From NCBI GenBank assembly GCA_002269645.1, contig NIVC01001972.1, positions 1-51,206 of the forward strand: DNA of 51,206 bases, in the 5' to 3' direction. A program made the translations under genes and the position numbers. Source of the DNA: Macrostomum lignano. Lineage: Eukaryota. The notes under the pieces were generated by a model. That model did no database searches. It saw only the letters and a program-made list of their open reading frames with translations, and had not been told where the DNA came from. Positions 35,908 through 48,600 of this stretch are shown piece after piece (the stretch's first letter is position 1; each line of letters opens with the position of its first letter).

Positions 35908-36483
35908 CAACAACAACAACAACAACAGGGCGCGCTTCAAGGCCAGGTCGCGGATGAACGCCACGCCGCCGGCCGAATCCGGAACGCTGGCGTCAGCCAG
36001 CAGGCAGTCGACGAAACGCCGAGTGCGCGCCTGCCCCCGCCGGTAGGGTGTCTGCAGCGTTAGCAGCAGCACCTCTTGCACCGGCTCTGGGCAGTCCGAC
36101 TCGGCGTGGATGATGTGGCCTGCCAGCTGGAGTCACCGACGGCGCAACAGGTCGCTTGGACGGACCAGGTGATACAAAGCCGGGTTGGTCACTCGCTCGT
36201 AGCCGATCTTGAAGGCGGCGCGCAGCAGGCTAGCATGCACCGCATCAACTTTTTGCTCGAGCGACTCCGTCAGCGTCCAGGTCTCGGCGTTGTACAGCAG
36301 GACGGTCTCGATCACCGCCTGGAACAACGCCGGCGCCGCCCTCTGGCGGTCAGGTAAGGCCTCGGACTGCAGGACTGCCCTCACAGAACGAAAGGCAGCC
36401 CAGGCAAGCCCGCGGCGACGCCGCAAATCCTCGCGGACGCCGGGAACCAGACCGCCGAGGTAGACGAACTGCTGACAACGCGG
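35908..36483 (-). mobile_element. 5'-truncated RTE-clade non-LTR retrotransposon (3' end of ORF)
   Basis: FVYLGG...RRRRGLAWAAF...LFQAVIETVLLYNAETWTL...RRR*LQLAGHII is the typical region C-terminal to the RT domain in RTE elements, with one in-frame stop. It has a (TTG)n tail and a TSD aagctg(c/t)aaaa at 35897-35907 and 36484-36494. Confidence 0.8.
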
Positions 36484-37033
36484 AAGCTGTAAAAAGAACG
36501 ATTGTAACCACGAGGCATGTGGAGCTGTAGGCATGTGGATGATGTGGCGGGCCAGCTGGAGTGCTACAGCTGGTCGCTTGAACTGATCAGGCGATTGATC
36601 AGGACTGAGTATGCGTCACACTACCCAGAAGATAAAATTATTTCTAATACATTATACAGCGCGAAACAAATGTCTGTCCTAGTAAGCACTAGCGCATTTA
36701 ATTCGGCGAAGAACAATAGTGGAAGATGTGGCGTCTGCTTGCTCACTGTCAATAAGAACAGGGAGAGACAAGTGCTGGCGTACTTGCTTTGCAAATACTC
36801 GAATTAGGAATCTTACTCCGCGCAAGGGAGAAACAGATAGCATCCGACGTGTCGTATTATCAGAGCTGCAAAAACCTTCATAAGTGCAACTCAATGCACT
36901 CATCTTGAACCCTTTGCACGCAGAAACAATGGGTCTACATACTTCCCACAGCCCTTTTTCTCTTTAAATAACTTAGGAACTCATTTCTTCCTGCTTGCGA
37001 AGCTGATGCTGCAATCCTTATCTAACCCTTGTC

Positions 37034-39206
37034 TCCAATTGTGTCGATAGCCTAACAATCTCACCACCCTAATCTACTCCTTTCCTCCAGTTGTGTCTAT
37101 GGCCTGACTCTCACCACCCTAATCTACTCCTTCCCTCCAGTTGTGTCTATGGCCTGACTCTCACCACCCTGATCTACTCCTTCCCTCCAGTTGTGTCTAT
37201 GGCCTGACTCTCACCACTCTGATCTACTCCTTTCCTCCAGTTGTGTCTATGGCCTGACTCTCACCACCCTGATCTACTCCTTCCCTCCAGTTGTGTCTAT
37301 GGCCTGACTCTCACCACTCTGATCTACTCCTTTCCTCCAGTTGTGTCTATGGCCTGACTCTCACCACCCTGATCTACTCCTTCCCTCCAGTTGTGTCTAT
37401 GGCCTGACTCTCACCACCCTGATCTACTCCTTCCCTCCAGTTGTGTCTATGGCCTGACTCTCACCACTCTGATCTACTCCTTTCCTCCAGTTGTGTCTAT
37501 GGCCTGACTCTCACCACCCTGATCTACTCCTTCCCTCCAGTTGTGTCTATGGCCTGACTCTCACCACTCTGATCTACTCCTTTCCTCCAGTTGTGTCTAT
37601 GGCCTGACTCTCACCACCCTGATCTACTCCTTCCCTCCAGTTGTGTCTATGGCCTGACTCTCACCACCTTGATCTACTCCTTTCCTCCAGTTGTGTCTAT
37701 GGCCTGACTCTCACCACCCTGATCTACTCCTTCCCTCCAGTTGTGTCTATGGCCTGACTCTCACCACCCTGATCTACTCCTTCCCTCCAGTTGTGTCTAT
37801 GGCCTGACTCTCACCACCCTGATCTACTCCTTTCCTCCAGTTGTGTCTATGGCCTGACTCTCACCACCCTGATCTACTCCTTCCCTCCAGTTGTGTCTAT
37901 GGCCTAACTCTCACCACCCTGATCTACTCCTTCCCTCCAGTTGTGTCTATGGCCTGACTCTCACCACCCTGATCTACTCCTTTCCTCCAGTTGTGTCTAT
38001 GGCCTGACTCTCACCACCCTGATCTACTTCTTCCCTCCAGTTGTGTCTATGGCCTGACTCTCACCACCCTGATCTACTCCTTCCCTCCAGTTGTGTCTAT
38101 GGCCTGACTCTCACCACCCTGATCTACTCCTTCCCTCCAGTTGTGTCTATGGCCTGACTCTCACCACCCCGATCTACTTCTTCCCTCCAGTTGTGTCTAT
38201 GGCCTGACTCTCACCACTCTGATCTACTCCTTTCCTCCAGTTGTGTCTATGGCCTGACTCTCACCACCCTAATCTACTCCTTCCCTCCAGTTGTGTCTAT
38301 AGCCTGACTCTCACCACCCTGATCTACTCCTTCCCTCCAGTTGTGTCTATGGCCTGACTCTCACCACCCTGATCTACTCCTTCCCTCCAGTTGTGTCTAT
38401 GGCCTGACTCTCACCACTCTGATTTACTCCTTCCCTCCAGTTGTGTCTATGGCCTGACTCTCACCACCCTGATCTACTCCTTCCCTCCAGTTGTGTCTAT
38501 GGCCTGACTCTCACCACCCTGATCTACTCCTTTCCTCCAGTTGTGTCTATGGCCTGACTCTCACCACCCTGATCTACCCCTTCCCTCCAGTTGTGTCTAT
38601 GACCTGACTCTCACCACCCTGATCTACTCCTTCCATCCAGTTGTGTCTATGGCCTGACTCTCACCACTCTGATCTACTCCTTCCCTCCAGTTGTGTCTAT
38701 GGCCTGACTCTCACCACCCTGATCTACTTCTTCCCTCCAGTTGTGTCTATGGCCTGACTCTCACCACCCTGATCTACTCCTTCCCTCCAGTTGTGTCTAT
38801 GGCCTGACTCTCACCACCCTGATCTACTCCTTCCCTCCAGTTGTGTCTATGGCCTGACTCTCACCACCCCGATCTACTTCTTCCCTCCAGTTGTGTCTAT
38901 GGCCTGACTCTCACCACTCTGATCTACTCCTTTCCTCCAGTTGTGTCTATGGCCTGACTCTCACCACCCTAATCTACTCCTTCCCTCCAGTTGTGTCTAT
39001 GGCCTGACTCTCACCACCCTGATCTACTCCTTTCCTCCAGTTGTGTCTATGGCCTGACTCTCACCACCCTGATCTACTCCTTTCCTCCAGTTGTGTCTAT
39101 GGCCTGACTCTCACCACCCTGATCTACTCCTTCCCTCCAGTTGTGTCTATGGCCTGACTCTCACCACCCTGATCTACTCCTTCCCTCCAGTTGTGTCTAT
39201 GGCCTG
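37034..39206. repeat. 50-bp tandem array, ~43 copies
   Basis: ccagttgtgtctatggcctgactctcaccaccctgatctactcctt(c/t)cct with very few variants. Confidence 0.97.
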
Positions 39207-40056
39207 AAAAAATTTGCTAGCATCCGAAAGGTCATTAAGGTCAGCTCGCAGACAAACCAACTCTTAGTTGCTTTTTAGCGCTTGAGGAATGGAACTAAAT
39301 GTTTACTATGCCTTAATGATCAGAGTTTAAATCACTACAAAGTACGTCATTCACGCGACGGTATCAGCTTTATATTTTTGTACTTATTAAGGTTTAAAAA
39401 ACCTTGTAATTTCGTGTTTACAATAGATTAATCGGGTATTACGTATTTTCAATACTGGTTGGTAATACATGGGATTCTTTTATGTTCTCAGCACAGACAG
39501 GTATTTTACAAGCAAAATAGTTTTGCCGATTCTTTCTACTCAGTAGGCAAATCTTCCGTCTCGAAATCAGTCTCTATGCGCGGCGTGCTGCAGAATACAG
39601 ACTGGCGGATTAACCCCGCTATCTGGCAGTCTGCGACCCGCGCACCTGACGTTATTTAATGCCGCTAATCCCACTTGTCAGCCGGTCCGACGCCCTCGCC
39701 TACTTCCAAATGAAATTTAGAAATTGATTTTTTGTCGAGTCAGCGACTGTGAAATCAGACTCGGGTCAGGTTGAGCCAGAAAAGCTTCTTTGAGCGTCAC
39801 CGGGAGGCCACTCGAATAGGTGCGTTGTCTCAATTATTCCCCATCCCTGAGAGGCCGCCCAATCCCAAAGCGCTGGCAACCCATCCAGGCTTGACAATCC
39901 TTATTGGTTGTGCCTTGAAGCCAGCCCCTCTCGCCTCTGTGGGGATAAAACAGATCGACTTGGCTGCAATCCGACCCCCTCTTCGCTAGATCATCAGTCC
40001 CCTATATCCCTTAACGCACAGATTCATCCGGTAGAGACTCGACCTCGGCAGCAAAA

Positions 40057-40867
40057 ATGCAATGCAGCGTTCTGGCGCCAATGCTGGCGCTTCTGATGGC
40101 GGCGCTTATCTGTGCATCGTCCACTCGAGCTGACGTGAGTCACTTCTGACCTCTCACTTTTGTCTTTAATATTCTTACCAGTGAATGCCAAGTTGCACCG
40201 GTTCGATACTGCCTGATCACCTTTGTAGTCGCTTCATCACCACGGTGCGTCAGACCAGGAGCTTCAAGATCAAACCGAAAAGAGGGCCTACTTTGATCCG
40301 ATGGGATACGGCAAGAGGGCCTACTTTGATCCCATGGGATACGGCAAGAAGAAGAGGGCCTACTTCGATCCCATGGGATACGGCAAGAAGAAGAGGGCCT
40401 ACTTTGATCCCATGGGATACGGCAAGAAGAAGAGGGCCTACTTCGATCCCATGGGATACGGCAAGAAGAAGAGGGCCTACTTTGATCCCATGGGATACGG
40501 CAAGAAGAAGAGGGCCTACTTCGATCCCATCGGATACGGCAAGAAGAAGAGGGCCTACTTCGATCCCATGGGATACGGCAAGAAGAAGAGGGCCTACTTC
40601 GATCCCATGGGATACGGCAAGAAGAAGAGGGCCTACTTTGATCCCATGGGATACGGAAAGAAGAAGAGGGCCTACTTTGATCCCATGGGATACGGAAAGA
40701 AGAAGAGGGCTTACTTTGATCCCATGGGATACGGAAAGAAGAAGAGGGCCTACTTTGATCCCATGGGATACGGCAAGAAGAAGAGGGCTTACTTTGATCC
40801 CATGGGATACGGAAAGAAGAAGAGGGCCTACTTTGATCCCATGGGATACGGCAAGCGCAGTACTTAG
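40057..40867 (+). CDS. Neuropeptide precursor: signal peptide plus 15 x AYFDP(M/I)GY-amide, 2 exons, 238 aa
   Basis: Exon 1 (40057-40134) is MQCSVLAPMLALLMAALICASSTRAD, ending GAC|GTGAGT. The intron is 94 nt and ends ctttgtag|. Exon 2 (40229-40867) is SLHHHGASDQELQDQTEKR-[AYFDPMGYG-KR or -KKKR]n-AYFDPMGYG-KRST*. Dibasic/tetrabasic cleavage sites and a Gly amide donor are present, and repeat variation is almost entirely synonymous. Confidence 0.9.
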
Positions 40868-41800
40868 CAAAATCATCATTTGAGACAGCAAATTTGAATT
40901 TATTCAGCTTGTCAACCAACAAATACAAAAATGTCCAGATATTGACTTCGTCCTTGAAACTGTTAGAAGCGAGGAGCGACGAGCCGTGAAAGACTCTGAC
41001 TCGTCTTTGTTTCTGGCTCAACAAAGACTTCTCTAAGTTGCGCCACAGTTTTCTAGCTCTTTGTTCAGAGTGTATTAAACCAATGAAAGATTTCGAAATA
41101 TAAAAAAACAACAAGGCACTTTTATGTAGCACAAATAAGCCTTGATGGCTTGATCCTCAAGTGTGCACTGTAAAAATGCAATTAAGGATTCAGTTAGTTA
41201 ATCATGGCATTGATGTCGTTTGCATATGCCTGACGATTAGACAGTTAGATTAACATTCTATGCTACTCAAGACGAGTAGTATTTCAACAACTGTGTTAAA
41301 AGTATCGACAAGAAGCTTATCTCGTATTAATATTTTACTGAGCAGCATCAGAGATTCACAAGTAACCAAATCTTGCACGAAAAAGCAGAAAGTCGTTCCG
41401 TTTCGAAGATTTTTTGAAGAAACTTGATGAAGCCAAATATGTAGCAATTTCTTGACTTGAAATCGCTTTCAACTTTTCTTCTTTGGCTTTGTCTTTTCTG
41501 TGCGTCTTTCTGCCAGCTGCACGAAGTGTTTTCGCCTTTGTGTCCTCAGTTGATGTCGCCCTTTCTGGGTCCATCTTTAGGCAATCCTGGCATTATGGGT
41601 ATTAAAGGCTTAGAGTGGGCTGAAACACGCCAGTTTGTCTCTAAGGTGCGGAACAGAGAGGCTAAACAGGATTACCTATTGCCAATCAAAATGATTGAGA
41701 CTTCCCTGCATGTCTGACAGTAACCTGGCGGACAACTGCTTGAAGTGCGATGGTTCATTAATCCAGAAATTAATGAATTTCTCTCTAGTTTTAGTTCCTC

Positions 41801-42395
<595 letters not shown>

Positions 42396-42614
42396 CACTT
42401 ATTTCCTGTTTCTCTAAGATGTCTTCCCATTAGCATAAAGCATACTACTATGAAGTAGCACAGAGCATGCTCCCCTAACTTGTTACAGAGCCAGTTTTAA
42501 CCACCCAATGGAATCAAGAAACCGCCTACTCTATTGCTAGCAGCTATAAGACCCCAATCAACTCAAACCCAGGCACTCCAGCTTCCCGAAGCCCAGCTCA
42601 CTCCCAGCCCCAAG

Positions 42615-45600
42615 ATGGACAAGCCCGGCATTCGCTACCAGAAGCTGCGCGAGCGAGCGCAGAAACGCGACAGCGTGGACTCACGACAGTCAAGCGACGC
42701 GAGCTCGGGCAGTCAGACCCAACTGCTCGGAGCCGCCACGGCCGTCGGAGCTTCGGGAACGTCGACAGTGGAGACAGCAGTCACGGAACAACAGCAGCAG
42801 CGAATCCAGGTGCCCTCGGTTCAGGTTGAGTCAGCGGGCGCCTCGTCCGCCAGCCTGCGCTCCCCAGTAGCCGGGGGCGGCGCGGCCTCCCAGTCTCCAG
42901 TCGCTTCATCATCTTCATCTCCTTCTGGAGGCTCGAACTCAGGACCTATGCAGGACCAACAGCCGCCACAGCCGCCGCCGCCGCCGCCGCCACTTCAACA
43001 GGAGGACAGCGTCCGCTCGGAGGAGGGCACCGTGGCTACCGAAACTACAACCGACGAGGCGGGCGGAGGCGGCCGCGTGCTGCAGCACTGCTGCAGGGGC
43101 GAGTGGGCCAATGTGGAGGCGCAGCTGAGAAAAGGCGATTTCCATCCGTGGGAGCTGACAGAGGCTGAGGAGGTTGGATGGGAATAATTGTTGCTGTTGT
43201 CATTATTGGTATCGTGTCTCATAGATTTTGGCTCATAGGTCCTGGCTAATAGGTCATAGCTAGTCCATCGAAAGTCATACATAGTCATAAGTCATACTCA
43301 CAAATCTTGGCTCATAGATTAGCTCATAGATCGTAGCTTATAGGTCATAGTTCATCGATCGTCGCTCATCTACCGCAGCTCATAGATGGTGGCTCATAGC
43401 TCGTGGCTCATAAATCGTGGCTCATAAATCGTGGCTCATAAATCGTGGCTCATAGATCGTGGCTCATAAACCATCGCTCATAGGTCGTAGCTCATCGATC
43501 GTAGCTCAACGATCATGGCTCATAAAACATTGTTCATAACTCATACGAGCGTAGCTCATAGATCGAAGCCCATAGATCGTCGCTCATAAACCATTGCTCA
43601 TAGCTCATAGCTCATAAATCAGAGCTCATCAATGACAGCCCAGATATCATAGCAGCACTCTTAACACAGCGACTCCATGAAATGTTTTTTACGGCGAGAA
43701 ATGAAACAGCCGTTTGTTTTAATGCTTCTCCACCAACAACTCGATGGACTATCAAAAATGAATTTCAGGGCAGCGGCGAGACGCCCCTCATGATGGCCTG
43801 CCGCGACAACAAACTGGTGATTGTCGACAGACTGCTCGAGAGCGGCGCCGGAGTTTTCGAGAAATGCTCGGTCAGCTCTACTGATTCTGCACTCTCCCTC
43901 TCGCACTCTCCCTCTCGCACTCTCCCTCTCGCACTCTCCCTCTCGCACTCTCCCTCTCGCACTCTCCCTCTCGCACTCTCCCTCTCGCACTCTCCCTCTC
44001 GCACTCTCCCTCTCGCACTCTCCCTCTCGCACTCTCCCTCTCGCACTCTCCCTCTCGCACTCTCCCTCTCGCACTCTCCCTCTCGCACTCTCCCTCTCGC
44101 ACTCTCCCTCTCGCACTCTCCCTCTCGCACTCTCCATCTCGCACTCTCCCTCTCGCACTCTCCCTCTCGCACTCTCCATCTCGCACTCTCCCTCTCGCAC
44201 TCTCCATCTCGCACTCTCCCTCTCGCACTCTCCCTCTCGCACTCTCCCTCTCGCACTCTCCCTCTCGCACTCTCCCTCTCGCACTCTCCCTCTCGCACTC
44301 TCCCTCTCGCACTCTCCCTCTCGCACTCTCCCTCTCGCACTCTCCCTCTCGCACTCTCCCTCTCGCACTCTCCATCTCGCACTCTCCCTCTCGCACTCTC
44401 CCTCTCGCACTCTCCATTTCTCACTCTCCATTTCGCACTCTCATTTCACACTCTCATTTCACACTCTCCATCTCGCACTCTCCCTCTCGCACTCTCCCTC
44501 TCGCACTCTCCCTCTCGCACTCTCCCTCTCGCACTCTCCCTCTCGCACTCTCCCTCTCGCACTCTCCATCTCGCACTCTCCCTCTCGCACTCTCCCTCTC
44601 GCACTCTCCCTCTCGCACTCTCCCTCTCGCACTCTCCATTTCTCACTCTCCATTTCGCACTCTCATTTCACACTCTCATTTCACACTCTCCATCTCGCAC
44701 TCTCCCTCTCGCACTCTCCATCTCGCACTCTCCATCTCGCGCTCTCCCTCTCGCACTCTCCCTCTCGCACTCTCCCTCTCGCACTCTCCCTCTCGCACTC
44801 TCCCTCTCGCACTCTCCCTCTCGCACTCTCCCTCTCGCACTCTCCCTCTCGCACTCTCCCTCTCGCACTCTCCCTCTCGCACTCTCCCTCTCGCACTCTC
44901 CCTCTCGCACTCTCCATTTCTCACTCTCCATTTCGCACTCTCATTTCACACTCTCATTTCACACTCTCCATCTCGCACTCTCCCTCTCGCACTCTCCCTC
45001 TCGCACTCTCCATTTCTCACTCTCCATTTCGCACTCTCATTTCACACTCTCATTTCACACTCTCCATCTCGCACTCTCCCTCTCGCACTCTCCATCTCGC
45101 ACTCTCCATCTCGTACTCTCCATCTCGCACTCTCCATCTCGTACTCTCCATCTCGCACTTTCCATCTGGCACTCCTTGAACTCAGTTTAAGACAAATTTT
45201 AATTGGCCCATGAGGTTGGTTTTCGCTGCTGATACCCTGTCTCACTGGGAACGGAATCTTTACAACAAAAACCAATTTCTTCGATAGAAAAAATGTCTAC
45301 CCTTAGCACAACAAAGGTTCTGGTCCCCATTCAAATTGCAACTCCCCCAGTGTCCCGTTGCCATTGACAACCCAGCGCACACACAACAATAATGCATTAT
45401 AAATCTCTGTAGCACAGTCAAATAAAGTAGAGTGATGAGGTAGGCTAGGCAACATATAAAGCCAGTTCATAAGGTTTCTAGGAATTGGTCCGCTGGGATT
45501 TGAAGCCAAGGGCTTATAGAGAGCAAGGCTTGTGCACCGGATGCTCCGTGAGTTGCTGCCTTGGCACTGAATGGTAAAGGTAACAGAATTTATGGGTGCT

Positions 45601-48600
45601 TTGAGAAAGGCATTGTGTGCGTTTCTCAATAGCTGTATTTCTTTTCAATTTAGTTCTACAAGAGCCGGTTCGCATCCATCACTTTTTTTAATTCTTTCAG
45701 ATTCTCAGATTCTAAGCTGGTTTTCACAATAGTAGAAGCTATTTATTTGGACCCATGATGCTTGGGATCTGTACGTGACATCATTGATAACTTTAGCACT
45801 CATTTAAGCTGTTTTCTTTCAAATAAGGGGTTGTAGTCTAATGGTCGGACTCAGGACTTGAAAGGTCGGGGGTTCGATTCCCGATCCCACTCGGAACAAT
45901 TTGAGTCTTTGAGCAAGATATATGACTCTGCATTGCTTCAGTTCACCCAGCTGTAAAATGGGTGCCAGCATTAGCTGGGGTAATTGTGTGTTGGCGTACT
46001 GAAGTCCTTGGACTGAACAGCCGTACGCAGCCTTCAGACGCGCCGCGCAATAGCTGCGGCTGAGCTGTCGGTTGCACATCTGTCTATTGGGGCAGGCGTA
46101 ATCAATTATTACCATTTATTATTAAACATTATTTCTTTAAAAATATAAAATAATAAAAATACCCAAAATTTTCGAAGTACTGCATCACGAGCGCAATCTC
46201 TCTGTCACTGTATTTCAGGACGGTCGAACGGCCCTGCACTTTGCTGGCCAATACGCCAAGGACGACATCATCAAGCTGCTGCTGGCCAGGAAAGCCGACC
46301 CAAATCAGACTGGAGGGGTGAGAGATCGCAACACATTACCGCCAGGAGCTTTAAAGATTACCGGTTTACATTTGCGGGTCAAATATTGCTCAAATCAATG
46401 TGCAGTTAATTCAGATCCACAGTTGCCACAAATAAGGACCAACCTTAGGGTGTACACTGCCTGACAGAGGGTGTACACTGCCTGACAGAGGGTGTACACT
46501 GCCTGACAGAGGGTGTACACTGCCTGACAGAGGGTGTACACTGCCTGACAGAGGGTGTACACTGCCTGACAGAGGGTGTACACTGCCTGACAGAGGGTGT
46601 ACACTGCCTGACAGAGGGTGTACACTGCCTGACAGAGGTGTACACTGCCTGACAGTGAGAAAGTTAGGCCCGCTGTACACTCTGAGTGAGTACACGCCTG
46701 CTTACATATCCTTGTACATGTGCGTTCTCAGAGGTTAGCGGAATGGATATAAATGATTGCCAGCTGCTACAACTCTTATTGTAGTCTGCTCTGATTGGAC
46801 GCGGGACAGGCGGATGAGTTGTGACGTCATTCTCTAAATTATAGTCCCTCTCTACCCTTCCTTGTCGCCTATTGGCTAGCAAGCATTCCAATCGAAAGGT
46901 CATACCCAGCGCCATCCCAATACTGCCCACCGCAGCCCCTGGAGCAGACGTCACTGCACTACGCCTGCCAGAGGTCCCAGTCCGCACTGCCGGCCGTATT
47001 GACCCTCATAAAGGTGACGAAAAACGGCCGATTGGTGACAGATAAGGTAAAAAACATATCTAATCTTAAGGTAGAATTGTTGGTAAAAACATGATATAAA
47101 AGTGCCCATCCACCCCAGCCTGGCAACATCCCACTGTACTACGCGGTGGACAGCGGCAACGCCTTAGTGATGAAGGAGCTGCTGGACCGGGACACGGATG
47201 TGCAGGTGCGCTGGCGCCACGGGGCGTCTGGCAACACCGCCCTGCACGTGGCGGCCGGCAAGCGCGACCTCGAGATGGTGAAGATTCTGTGCGACTCTGG
47301 GGCCGACATCAATGCGCAGAATGTGAGGTTGCTGGGATAGATATGATGGAGTTTTTCAGGCATCTAAGCATTTAAGATGCACTGTACTAGCGACAAAAAT
47401 TACCGATGTAACAAGTGCAGACTACGCGCTCCTTTGTAGAATGCCGGTCAGACTCCGCTCCACATTAGCGCCAATGAAGGCGACGAGGCTGTGGTGCGGT
47501 TCCTGCACTCCAACAAGGCCGATGCCAGCATTCTGGACAAGGTGCTGCTGTTTATACGTTTGTTTAGGGCTGGGGAACTAGTTCGAAGGGAAGAGGCGTA
47601 TAGAGGATCCAGGTCTCTCCGTTGGGCTTTATCTGGAGTCCGAAATTGACGCTAAGTCCACAAGCTCCATCCCAGCTCCATCCCAGCTCCATGCAAGCTC
47701 CATGCAAGCTCCATGCAAGCTCCATGCAATCTCCATCCCAGCTCCATCCCAGCTCCATCCCAGCTCCATCCAAGCTCCATTCCAGCTCCATCCCAGCTCC
47801 ATCCCAGCAACATTCCAGCTCCATTCCAACTCCATCTCAGCTCCATCCCAGCTCCATCCAAGCTCCATCCCAGCTCCATCCCAGCACCATCCCAGCTCCA
47901 TCCCAGCTCCATCCCAGCTCCATCCAAGATCCATTCCAGCTCCATCCCAGCTCCATCCCAGCAACATTCCAGCTCCATTCCAACTCCATCCCAGCTCCAT
48001 CCCAGCTCCATCCAAGCTCCATCCCAGCTCCATCCCAGCTCCATCCAAGCTCCATCCCAGCTCCATCCCAGCTTCATCCCAGCTCCATCCAAGCTCCATT
48101 CCAGCTCCATCCCAGCTCCATCCCAGCAACATTCCAGCTCCATTCCAACTCCATCCCAGCTCCATCCCAGCTCCATCCCAGCTCCATTCCAGCTCCATTC
48201 CAGCTCCATTCCAACTCCATTCCAACTCCATCCCAGCTCCATCCCAGCTCCATCCCAGCTTCATCCCAGCTCCATTCCAGCTCCATCCAAGCTCCATTCC
48301 AGCTCCATCCCAGGTCCATTCCAACTCCATTCCAACTCCATCCCAGCTCCATCCCAGCTCCATTCCAGCTCCATCCCAGCTCCATCCCAGCAACATTCCA
48401 GCTCCATTCCAGCTCCATTCCAGCTCCATCCCAGCTCCATCCCAGCTCCATTCCAGCTCCATTCCAGCTCCATCCCAGCAACATTCCAGCTCCATTCCAG
48501 CTCAATTTTAGCTCCCACTAAGCTCTGTCCAAGGCTTTTGCTAGAGCCTGAAGTTGACGCTCAGAGGCTCATATTCTAGCGCAAAATTTGGCATATGATT

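Noticed and set aside
40140-41132. Alternative-frame and antisense ORFs over the 39-bp repeat (RIPWDQSRPSSS, AVSHGIKVGPLLL, RRGPTLIPWDTA)
   Set aside because: These are shadows of the neuropeptide exon. Nucleotide variants are synonymous only in the AYFDPMGYG frame.
41356-41574. Minus-strand ORF ending KRNDFLLFRARFGYL, resembling an RFamide precursor
   Set aside because: The Gly is followed by YL rather than a basic site or stop, there is no signal peptide or splice support, and it occurs once.
45827-45900. tRNA-like A/B boxes here and at 50566, 49900-49978, 33340 and 7840
   Set aside because: No complete cloverleaf. Four are SINE heads, and the ggttcgattcc at ~7842 is an isolated motif without support.
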